Assembly (NCBI GenBank): GCA_025963715.1
Contig: JAOQAG010000026.1
Location: forward strand, 80,327-144,326
Length of the DNA stretch: 64,000 nucleotides
Source of the DNA: Bacteroidota bacterium
Lineage (GTDB): Bacteria; Bacteroidota; Bacteroidia; 2-12-FULL-35-15
Direction: 5' to 3'
How positions within the stretch are numbered: the stretch's first letter is position 1; each line of letters starts with the position of its first letter. The notes below the pieces were generated by a model. It saw nothing but the letters and a program-made list of their open reading frames with translations, made no database searches and was not told the DNA's origin. This document shows, one piece after another, positions 51,219 through 60,870 of this stretch. Both the position numbers and the translations under genes were made by a program.

Positions 51219-53045
51219 ATGTCAATGGAGAATCACGGTCATCAGGAACATCACGGAAGCCAAGAACATCATGGAGACCACGATGAGCATCATCATGAAG
51301 AATCTTTTGTGAGCAAATACATTTTTAGTATGGATCACAAAACCATTTCACGCCAGTTTTTAGTAACTGCCGTGATCATGGCCACATTTGCAATGATCAT
51401 GTCAATGCTATTCCGTTTACAATTAGCATGGCCGAGCCATCACTTTGCTTTTATCAACTGGATCTTAGGTGATAAAATGGGTAAAGACGGAGTATTGGAG
51501 CCGGGAATGTACATGGCATTGGTAACTATCCACGGTACAGTAATGGTGTTTATGGTATTAACAGGCGGATTGAGCGGTACGTTCAGTAACCTGCTGATCC
51601 CTTACCAGATCGGTGCACGTGATATGGCATCCGGATTTTTGAATATGTTATCTTACTGGTTCTTCTTCTTATCAAGTGCAGTGATGATGGCTTCGTTCTT
51701 TATTGAAACAGGCCCTGCATCCGGTGGTTGGACGGTTTACCCTCCATTAAGCGCATTACCGCAGGCAATGGACGGATCTAAATTAGGGATGACTTTCTGG
51801 TTGGTATCCATGACATTGTTCATTGTATCTTCTTTATTGGGTGGATTGAACTACATCATCACGATCCTGAACTTACGTACGAAAGGGATGACGATGACAC
51901 GCCTGCCATTAACGATCTGGGCATTCTTTGTTACTGCGATCTTAGGTGTTTTATCTTTCCCTGTATTGTTATCTGCTGCGCTGTTGCTGATCTTCGACAG
52001 AAGCTTTGGTACATCGTTCTACTTATCTGATATTTACATTGGCGGACAAGCCCTGGAACAAACCGGTGGTAGCCCGATCCTGTATCAGCATTTATTCTGG
52101 TTCTTAGGTCACCCGGAGGTATACATCATCATCTTACCTGCATTGGGTTTAACATCAGAGATCATTTCTGTAAATGCCCGCAAGCCGATCTTCGGTTACC
52201 GCGCGATGATCGGTTCGATCATGGCCATCGGTTTCTTATCGTTCATCGTTTGGGGTCACCACATGTTCATTACCGGTATGAATCCGTTCTTAGGGTCTGT
52301 ATTCGTATTTACAACATTATTGATCGCGATCCCATCTGCTGTAAAAGCATTTAACTACATCACTACATTATGGAAAGGTAACATCCGTTTTACACCGGCA
52401 ATGCTGTTTGCGATCGGTTTGGTTTCTACCTTTATCTCCGGTGGTTTAACCGGGATCATCCTTGCGGATTCTGCACTGGATATTCCAATCCACGATACGT
52501 ATTTTGTGGTTGCTCACTTCCACATTGTAATGGGTGTGTCGGCGATCCTGGGAATGTTGGCGGGTGTTTATCACTGGTTCCCAAAAATGTTCCTGCGCCA
52601 CATGAATAAAAAATTAGGTTATGTTCACTTCTGGTTAACGTTTGTATCTGCTTACGGGGTATTCTTTCCGATGCACTTCTTAGGATTGGCCGGTGTACCA
52701 CGCCGTTATTATTCAAACACTGCGTTCCCGATGTTCGATAACTTGATCGACATTAATATTCTGATCACTTGTTTCGCGATATTGGGTGGTTTGGCACAGT
52801 TGATCTTCCTGTTCAACTTCTTCTATTCGATGTTCCGCGGACCAAAATCGGAACAAAACCCCTGGAATGCAAATACATTGGAATGGACAACACCAATGGC
52901 GCATACACACGGAAACTGGCCTGGTGCATTACCGGTAGTTCACCGCTGGCCATACGATTACAGCAAGCCTGGCAAAGAGCTTGATTACGTTCCACAAACG
53001 GTTCCGTTAGCGGAAGGTGAAGTGGACGGCGGAGGCCACCACTAA
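51219..53045 (+). CDS. coxA: Cytochrome c oxidase subunit I (A1-type haem-copper oxidase)
   Basis: Motifs GWTVYPPL, FWFLGHPEVYI, VWGHHM, VVAHFH and PRRY. Confidence 0.97.
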   Translation: MSMENHGHQEHHGSQEHHGDHDEHHHEESFVSKYIFSMDHKTISRQFLVTAVIMATFAMIMSMLFRLQLAWPSHHFAFINWILGDKMGKDGVLEPGMYMALVTIHGTVMVFMVLTGGLSGTFSNLLIPYQIGARDMASGFLNMLSYWFFFLSSAVMMASFFIETGPASGGWTVYPPLSALPQAMDGSKLGMTFWLVSMTLFIVSSLLGGLNYIITILNLRTKGMTMTRLPLTIWAFFVTAILGVLSFPVLLSAALLLIFDRSFGTSFYLSDIYIGGQALEQTGGSPILYQHLFWFLGHPEVYIIILPALGLTSEIISVNARKPIFGYRAMIGSIMAIGFLSFIVWGHHMFITGMNPFLGSVFVFTTLLIAIPSAVKAFNYITTLWKGNIRFTPAMLFAIGLVSTFISGGLTGIILADSALDIPIHDTYFVVAHFHIVMGVSAILGMLAGVYHWFPKMFLRHMNKKLGYVHFWLTFVSAYGVFFPMHFLGLAGVPRRYYSNTAFPMFDNLIDINILITCFAILGGLAQLIFLFNFFYSMFRGPKSEQNPWNANTLEWTTPMAHTHGNWPGALPVVHRWPYDYSKPGKELDYVPQTVPLAEGEVDGGGHH

Positions 53046-53065
53046 GGTTTAAAAAATATTTTAAG

Positions 53066-53100
53066 AGATCCCTGAGCAGTAATGTTCGGGGATTTTTGTT
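53066..53100 (+). terminator. Intrinsic terminator after coxA
   Basis: ATCCCTGAGCA-loop-TGTTCGGGGAT-TTTTGTT. Confidence 0.7.
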
Positions 53101-53421
53101 TTCCGCGGGGTTGTGTTTACTGTATGTTGTTTCTCTCGGAGACGCGGAGAATGCGGAGACGGATGAATGCTGTATTTATTCTGTGTGCTTGTTTCTTGCA
53201 AAGGCCGCAAAGAACACAGAGGTTATACAGATGCTGCGTGTATAATCTCGCGGAGACGCAGAGAACGCGGAGACGGGTGTAAGCTATATAATTAATTTTC
53301 TCGCAAAGGCGCTAAGAACGCAAAGGCTGTGTAATTGTTTTTTTAGATTATCCTCTGTGAAACTCCTTTTACTCTGCATACTCTGTGTTAAATCCTGAAT
53401 TGATATCGTTATCTTTGTACT

Positions 53422-54099
53422 GTGGGAAAACAAAAATTCATACTTCTGCTTTTTTTCTTTGCGTTGGTTTACAGCCAATCCAAAGCGCAACCCACACTGG
53501 ACACGATCAAATTTTGTTTGAAACAAAAACCGCATTTATTTGCGAAGCTGGATTCCCGCAACTCCTTTATTGATAATAGCCTGGTAAATGTATTTGGCCT
53601 AAAGGCCGGGATTCGTTATTATAAAAGGCTGAGTTTTAGTTTAGGTTATTACCAATTGTACAATCCACCAAAAAGTTTTAGTGAAGATGTGCATTACATC
53701 AATTCTCACGGAAGTGAATACATTATCCGGAAGGGATTGAAGATGTATTATTTTTCGGCGAACATGGAGTATGCGTTTTACCAGACAAAACACTGGGAGC
53801 TAAGTATGCCGCTGCAGATCGGGATCGGAAAAACGTATTATCAATACAGCGCAGAAGGAACAAAATACAAAACCAACGAGCTTATTAATTTTATTTACGA
53901 ACCAACGATCGCGATCGATTATAAAATTATCAAATGGGTGGGCGTGAATGCAGCATTTGGTTATCGCTTTATGGTGGCGCAAAACGGGCGGTTTAACACG
54001 GAGTTTAATTCGCCGATCGTTACGTTTGGGATCTCTATTTATTACAGTGAGATCGTGAAATCACTTTTTCCAAAAAGTAAGATCGCGAAGAGGATGTAG
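53422..54099 (+). CDS. Hypothetical outer-membrane beta-barrel protein
   Basis: GTG start 4 nt after TATCTTTG. Signal peptide and amphipathic strands (FGYRF, TFGISIYY). Confidence 0.65.
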   Translation: MGKQKFILLLFFFALVYSQSKAQPTLDTIKFCLKQKPHLFAKLDSRNSFIDNSLVNVFGLKAGIRYYKRLSFSLGYYQLYNPPKSFSEDVHYINSHGSEYIIRKGLKMYYFSANMEYAFYQTKHWELSMPLQIGIGKTYYQYSAEGTKYKTNELINFIYEPTIAIDYKIIKWVGVNAAFGYRFMVAQNGRFNTEFNSPIVTFGISIYYSEIVKSLFPKSKIAKRM

Positions 54100-54345
54100 C
54101 TTTACCACCGAACTGTGCGTTTTTGAACCACAAAAGGAAACAAAAAAAGCAAAAGGCGTGACTCAATGCTGGCGATTGCTATGTGTAAAATATTTCCTGA
54201 GCTGTGTGTTTTTTGAACCACAAAGAAAACAAAAAGGCATGGCTGATCTTATAGTATGTATAACGGATTTCCTGTGCTGCATTCGCACGAACCCTGTCAG
54301 GGTATTTTTTTAAATGGAGTTATTAAATAATATTGAATGATCCGG

Positions 54346-56552
54346 TTAGATCTTAATTCCGATAACGAGCACATCATCCACCTGCTCGATGGTTCCGCGC
54401 CAGTTTTCAAACAGATCGTAAAGGTCTTGTTTTTGTTTTTCAGGTGAATGAACTGATCCATTCAATAAAGTTTCCTTAAAGTTTTTGCTCATCAATTTTT
54501 TTCCCTTGTCGCCCCCGAACTGATCGGAAAAGCCATCGGTAAATGTGTACACCCTATCGCCTTTTTGCAGTTGAACGGTTTGAAGCCGGAACGGTTTTAA
54601 TTCGCCCTGGTGTATACCCACAGGAAATTTATCGGCTTTATATTCGATCACTTCGTCGTTGCGGATGATGATGAGCGGATTATTTGCGGCAGCAAACTGC
54701 AGTATCAATGAATCAAAATCAAAGAGGCACAATACGGCATCCATTCCGTCTCTTGCTGTGTTATCGGTTCCATCGGGATTTAACGCTTTGATAATTTCTG
54801 TGCGCACTTCCCGGAAGATCAGATCGGGTTGTGTAATTCTGCGTTCGTTCACGGTTTCGTTGAGCTTGGAAATATTGAGCAAACTCATGAATGCCCCGGG
54901 AACACCATGCCCGGTACAATCGCAGGTGGCCAATAAAAATTTATTATCAGTTGTTTTTTGCGCCCAGTAAAAATCGCCGCTAACAATGTCCTTCGGTTTA
55001 TACAGCACAAAATGTTCGGGCAGGTTATTTTTTAATGTATTCGCGGAAGCGAGCAATGCACCCTGGATACGCTTTGCATAATGAATGGAATCGAGGATCT
55101 CTTTGTTTTTTTCTTCGATGATTTCTTTCTGTTGTGTGATCTCGATGTTTGCTTTTTTCTTTTCGCGGTAACGCCTGAACGAAATAAAGGCAAGCACCAA
55201 TACGAGCAGTAAACCTGCAATGGCGGTGTAATTAACAATGCGCTGGCGCACAATTTTTGCATCTTTTAATTCCTGATCTTTCGTAAGAATGTCGATCTCA
55301 TTTTGTTTTTTATCAGCATCGTACATGGCCTGCATTTGGCCAATACGCTTATTGATGGCATCGTTGTTAAGTGAATCGGAAAGCTCCTGTATTTTTTTCT
55401 GATATAAAAATGCATTTTCATAATCTTTGGAAGCGGAATAAACAGTTGCAAGCGTGGTATAGCTGTTCTTCAACTCGTCCATATCACCGGAATCCTTGCT
55501 GAGCGCTAATCCTTTCAGAGCTGATTCTTTGGCTTGTGCATATTTTCCCTGCAGGGTATAAATGTCTGCAATAGACATATAACAGCGGGATGCGTAATCG
55601 TTATTTTGGCCTTTTAGTGCGGCATTAAGCGCCACAGTTTCGTATTGAAGGGCTTTATCATATTCTTTTTTACTGGTATAAACGATCCCAATATTGTGCA
55701 ATACCATAAAGGTGGAAGGTTCCATCCCGATTGTTTTGTACAGCCGTAAGGATTGATTATAGAATTCCAATGCACGATCCAGGTTTTTCAATTCCCTGTT
55801 AACAATGCCAAGATTATTATATATGTTGGCAAGCATCTCATCTCTTTTTGCGGTTTTAAAAATACCGAGTGCTTTTAAATAATATTCTTCGGCCAATTTA
55901 TTTTGTGCCTGATCCTGGTATACCTGCCCGATATTGACATAGATATAACCGTCCTGTACATTGTCTTTGAGCTGCTTATTGGCCTGGAGCGCATCAAATA
56001 AATAATCGAGTGATTTGCTGTAATCACTCAGATTCTGATAGACGACTGCTAAATTTGTTTGTGCTGTAATTTCGGCGGCGTATAAATTGGTTTCTTTTGC
56101 TTTCTCGATGCCGATCTTATAGTAGCGTTCAGCCTTTGCATAATCTGCCATATCGAGGTACACGTTGGCAAGGTTGATGTATGTTTTTGCCTGCCCGGCG
56201 GTTTGTCCAAGCTGGATGCGGATCTGCAGGTTCTTTTTAAAATAACCGATGGCCTTATCAAAATTCCCGGAACTCCTGTTGATGATGCCAAACAAGCTGT
56301 ATGCAGAGCAATACCTTCGGTATAATTTATTTTTTGAGCAAGGGATAATGCATCTCCTGCGTATTTTTCGGATAGCTGCAGGTCGGAGTACGAATACTCC
56401 CAGCCAATATCGATCATGGTATTGATGCGCGCCGTATCCTGTGTTTCTGCCTTGAGCACGTGCAGCAAACTATCCACTACTTGTGCATTGGCAATGTGCA
56501 TACAGAAGAAGGTGAATAAAATAAATCCTGTTTTTTTAGCGACGTTTTTCAA
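54346..56552 (-). pseudogene. TPR-repeat / TM / SpoIIE (PP2C) phosphatase split by a 1-nt frameshift at ~56307 (real lesion or assembly error)
   Basis: The N-part (56552 down to ~56308, with signal peptide) joins the 54346-56295 frame if one T is restored (ATT GCT TCT GCA TAC AGC TTG). Motifs KDIVSGDFYW, DCTGHGVPGA, DGMD and TDG. Confidence 0.8.
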
Positions 56553-56641
56553 TTCTATTGTTTAGTATTATCAAATATAAAAAATCCCGATGACATAAGC
56601 ACCGGGACTTTTACAATCAAAAACTCAAATCAAACCTTAAC

Positions 56642-59600
56642 TTATTGTTGCGCTAACAGGGTAACGTGTCCCGTGTAATCGTGCAATCGCTGTTCGAAAT
56701 CACGCACGGTTATTTTGTAAACATAAACGCCATTTTCGGAGATCTTGCTGCCGTTCTTTACAGTTCCGTTCCAACCGTTCTTTATATCGTTGGTTTGGAA
56801 GATCAATTCGCCCCAGCGATCAAAGATCATCATTTTAAATTCGGAGATCTGGTCGCCTTTGGCTGTAAAATAATCGTTGGTACCGTTTTCATCCGGCGTA
56901 AACGCGTTTGGAATGTACAGTGTAAACAATGGTTTTATTTGTACGACCTCCGAAACCGAATCGAGGCAACCGGCGCTGCTGGCGGTAAAAAGTTTTACTT
57001 TGTAATCACCTTGCTGCGCATACGTATGCTCCGGATCATTATCGGTGGATGTGGCACCATCGCCAAAATCCCATTGATACGTAGCTGCATTCACCGAGAT
57101 ATTATTGAATTTATACACAGGGCTGATAGTTGTTCCATCCATTGCTTCCGATGTAAATTGTGCCAGGGAACCGGCATTAACAGTTACATTGTTTGCCACG
57201 CTTGCCGTATTCACACATCCGAAAAGCGACGTAACAATTACTGTAACATTATACACGCCGGTGGTGGTGTAGCCATGAACGGGGCTTGCAATACTGGCTG
57301 TGGCGCCATCGCCAAAATCCCAATTGTAAGCAGCACCTGTGTTGGTGGGAGAATGATCTGTAAAATTCAATTGCACTTCTTTACAACCAACTGCAGCCTG
57401 GGGCACTATATCGATCACCGGCAAAGGGTTTACTGTGACCGGAACAGATCCGGTCACTGCATTTCCACATGCATCGGTAACGGTAACAATATAGTTGGTT
57501 GAATTGGCCGGAGAAACTGTGAACGGCCCGTTTCCGCCGCCAAGACTATTGCTCCAGCTGACGGTAACCGGGCCGGTTTGCCCGGCTACGGCCGAACCAA
57601 TAACTGCAGCATTTCCATAACAGATGGCTGTAGCACCTGTAACGGTAAGGTTTGCAGCAGTTAAAGAAGTAACTGTAATGGCAAGTGTTGCTGTGTTGCT
57701 GGTGCAGCCGTTTGCATCGGTTGCTGTAACATTGTACACGGAAGAGCTAACCGGGCTAACGGTTTGCGTTGCGCCCGCTCCTACTCCGGTCCAGTTGTAG
57801 GAATATCCGGGATTACCGCCGGAAGCTGCCGCTGCGATGGTTGTGTTTTGTCCGAGGCAAATGGTGGTGCCGCCTGTTGCAGTAACCACAACCGGTGCAG
57901 GTTGTGTAACTGCCAGTGTTGAGCTGGCGCTGCAACCATTTGCATCGGTTACATTGATGGTGTATGTACCCGGGCACAAGCCGTTTGCAGCCGGGCTGGT
58001 ACCGCCATCGGGCAACCATTGATAGGAGTAAGAGGGTGAACCACCTGCGGGAATAACAACGGTTTGTCCGTTACAGGCACCGTTACAGGTGACAGGAAAT
58101 GCCGCTGTTGAGAGTGTTAAAGCAGGTGGTTCTGTGATGGTCACAAACGATGTGGCGATACAACTATTCGCATCTGTGACGGTTACAAAATAATTTCCGG
58201 GAGCCAATGCGTTTACAGATTGTGTACTTGTGGCCGGGCTGGTGGTCCAGTTATAACTGTATGCTCCGGTTCCGCCGGATGCACCCACGGTTGCAAATCC
58301 ATCGGCGAGGCCGTTACAAGTTACATTGTGAACGATCATGGCATTGGCATTTAATGCGGCAGGCTGTGTGATTGTAATGCCTGTTACGGCAGCATTACAG
58401 CCGTTTGCATCGGTAATTGTTGCCGTATAATTTGCTGCATTTAAATTGGTTGCCGTAGGCGTGATTTGCACCGGCGTTGTATTCCACGCGTACGTGTATG
58501 GAGCTGTACCACCTGTAGTGGCAATGCTTGCAGAACCATTGGCTGATCCATTGCAGGAAACATTTACCTGCGAAGTGGAATAAGTTATTGGCGCAAGCGG
58601 TTGTGTAATGCTTACTGAACTGTTGGTAACGCAGCCATTGCCGGTAGTTACAGAAAAGTTGTATGTGCCGGGAGTCAGGCTGGTAATGGATGATGTGGTA
58701 GCACCGTTTGACCAGTGATAAATATACGGTGCTAATCCACCTGTAACGTTTGCAGTAGCAACACCTGTTCCTGCTCCAAAACAGCTTACGTTGGTAGAAT
58801 TGATGACAACATTTGCAGGCGCTGCACCGCTTGCTACTAGTATACTTGCAGAGCCTGTGCAGCCACCGGAACCTGTTACGTTAATGGTATAAATACCTGC
58901 GGCAAGCGTTCCCGCCGTGATGCCGGTTCCGCCGGAAGGCAGCCATTGGTAGGTATAAGGGCCACTTCCTGAAAGAATTTGAACAGTGGCTGTACCATTG
59001 GATGCGTTGCAATTATCGGGGGTTGAAACGGTATTTAAGATGACGCCTGTGACGCTGATGCAAAATGAAAATGTTTGACTTCCGTTAAAAGGACAATTAT
59101 CATCGCGGACGGTAACGGTAAAACAATTGGATGCGTTACCGATATCGGTGATGGATGGTGTCCAGCTGAAAGTACCGGTTGGACGGGCGCCACCGCTGGA
59201 AGTAAATGTTCCGGCTGCGATACCGCTGTTCCAGGTAATGGTTACATTTTGAGTAGAATCAAGATCATAGGTTGGTATATTAAAATTGATAGGTACGCCT
59301 GCGCAGGCGGTTAATGAATATTGACCGGAGTTGTTAATGCCGTTCACATACGGATTATTGTTGGTGCAGGTCATGGTTCGCAATTGAATATCGCGCATGA
59401 CGCTGCCGACAAGAACTTCCTGGCGCCATTCTTTTACGAGAACTGTAAATACGGTTACTTCTAATTGTGTTGGTGTCATGCACATATCACCGGTTAAGGG
59501 ATTGAATGCAACTGCGGGCGAAGAGAGTAATGGTTGTGTTGCAGAATAGGGTGCAATGTAAGAAACGGTTGAAGTAGCACTGGTTTCGGGCGTAATGAGT

Positions 59601-60208
59601 GTATAGGATAATGAGTCGCCATCAATATCGGATGAACCGTTGTTAAAACAATACGGCTGGCCGATACAGACAAAGGGGATTGGCGGATTAGAAAATGTGG
59701 GAGAGCTGTTGCAGGGGAAATCCAGGTTATTTAAGAATGCTTCGATGTACATGTTTTCGGACGATGGGTTGAGGATGGTTCCGATGGATGTATTACGGCA
59801 GCAGATGCTGAAACTAAAATGCCAGTCGCTGCAGGCCATGGGTAACGTAGTAACTCCTGTGTATTTATATTCCTGTACGCCGGGATAAACACCTCCGGCA
59901 CAAACTGAGGTTAGTGATGAACAGATGGGGGATACATCCGTTCCGGTTCCGGGAATTTGATTGAGCGTAAGGTCGAAGTTTGGTCCGCAGGAAGCAGACG
60001 AAATATTTATGGTAACAGTATTGGGAGCGGCAACTCCCGCACAGTCGCGGTAGAAGGAGAGATTGATGCGGTATTGATTTCCGCCGAGGCATTGGTAAGT
60101 GATATCTGCGCTTTGAGCATGTGATGCAAAGGCCTCATTTTGTGATTGGATAAACATTAAAATGAAACTGATCCAAAAGAAAACTTTGTGTTTTAAATGC
60201 GTATTCAT
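56642..60208 (-). CDS. T9SS type-B (gliding-motility CTD) surface adhesin with SprB-like repeats and PKD domains
   Basis: Signal peptide. SHAQSADITYQCLG N-domain. GGTAPYTYAW...VTDANGC repeats, WDFGDG twice, CTD IPNAFTPD..G.ND.F...IFDRWG. Confidence 0.92.
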   Translation of the reverse strand: MNTHLKHKVFFWISFILMFIQSQNEAFASHAQSADITYQCLGGNQYRINLSFYRDCAGVAAPNTVTINISSASCGPNFDLTLNQIPGTGTDVSPICSSLTSVCAGGVYPGVQEYKYTGVTTLPMACSDWHFSFSICCRNTSIGTILNPSSENMYIEAFLNNLDFPCNSSPTFSNPPIPFVCIGQPYCFNNGSSDIDGDSLSYTLITPETSATSTVSYIAPYSATQPLLSSPAVAFNPLTGDMCMTPTQLEVTVFTVLVKEWRQEVLVGSVMRDIQLRTMTCTNNNPYVNGINNSGQYSLTACAGVPINFNIPTYDLDSTQNVTITWNSGIAAGTFTSSGGARPTGTFSWTPSITDIGNASNCFTVTVRDDNCPFNGSQTFSFCISVTGVILNTVSTPDNCNASNGTATVQILSGSGPYTYQWLPSGGTGITAGTLAAGIYTINVTGSGGCTGSASILVASGAAPANVVINSTNVSCFGAGTGVATANVTGGLAPYIYHWSNGATTSSITSLTPGTYNFSVTTGNGCVTNSSVSITQPLAPITYSTSQVNVSCNGSANGSASIATTGGTAPYTYAWNTTPVQITPTATNLNAANYTATITDANGCNAAVTGITITQPAALNANAMIVHNVTCNGLADGFATVGASGGTGAYSYNWTTSPATSTQSVNALAPGNYFVTVTDANSCIATSFVTITEPPALTLSTAAFPVTCNGACNGQTVVIPAGGSPSYSYQWLPDGGTSPAANGLCPGTYTINVTDANGCSASSTLAVTQPAPVVVTATGGTTICLGQNTTIAAAASGGNPGYSYNWTGVGAGATQTVSPVSSSVYNVTATDANGCTSNTATLAITVTSLTAANLTVTGATAICYGNAAVIGSAVAGQTGPVTVSWSNSLGGGNGPFTVSPANSTNYIVTVTDACGNAVTGSVPVTVNPLPVIDIVPQAAVGCKEVQLNFTDHSPTNTGAAYNWDFGDGATASIASPVHGYTTTGVYNVTVIVTSLFGCVNTASVANNVTVNAGSLAQFTSEAMDGTTISPVYKFNNISVNAATYQWDFGDGATSTDNDPEHTYAQQGDYKVKLFTASSAGCLDSVSEVVQIKPLFTLYIPNAFTPDENGTNDYFTAKGDQISEFKMMIFDRWGELIFQTNDIKNGWNGTVKNGSKISENGVYVYKITVRDFEQRLHDYTGHVTLLAQQ

Positions 60209-60265
60209 AACACACCTCCTGTTTCTTTAAAAGCGTTTAACAATAAATTAAGAACTGAGTGGTTT

Positions 60266-60292
60266 AACGCCTCAATAAAACAAAGGGTTACA
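60266..60292 (-). promoter_or_regulatory. Putative ECF promoter for the adhesin gene
   Basis: TGTAAC-N17-CGTT on the minus strand, ~57 nt upstream of the ATG. Confidence 0.4.
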
Positions 60293-60448
60293 GAAATGAG
60301 GATAAAAGTGGTGGATTTTATTTTGGGAGAGATGAAATTGAGGAATGAATGGATGAAAGGGGAGGGTTTAAAATAGGCCGCAGACAAGGAAAAAAAGAAA
60401 TAGGCAAAGGGCAGTTGGCAGTAGACAAAAATAATTTGAATGAATTTA

Positions 60449-60844
60449 TCTTCTAACTTTTTGAAGGCAAAATTTACAATCCCGCACGTGCGGGACGACC
60501 TTGTAAGGTAATTTCTTCTTCCGCTATCGCTCAGAAGAACCGCGGATAAATAATCGCCAGTACACGTCATTCTTAATTTGATAAAATTAAATGTTACTTT
60601 TCTCAATATTGATCACGGGGCGATTTTTTACCGCTATTACTGAAGAAGGCCAAAAGCGCCAACCCGGGTAAGTATTTTTTTTAATAATGATTGCTGTGCC
60701 GTGGGTTTACAGTGCGTGATAACGCACATAAACGAAATGATAAATTTGGACTATGATCAGATCATAACAAAATCATAAGTCGCCACAGGCGATCTTTTTT
60801 ACATCGTAAAAATCATTTTTGATCTGCGTTCCAATACACAGCAT
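60449..60844 (-). repeat. ~400-nt structured non-coding element, copy 2
   Basis: Reverse-complement homolog of 1028-1455 and direct repeat of 60871-61271 (period ~422). Confidence 0.9.
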
Positions 60845-60870
60845 TTAAATGCAGATTACTATTCATTTTT

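Noticed and set aside
53082..53573. Short ORFs after coxA
   Set aside because: Derived from family-E repeats (AETQRTRR-type translations) or overlapping the 53422 gene.
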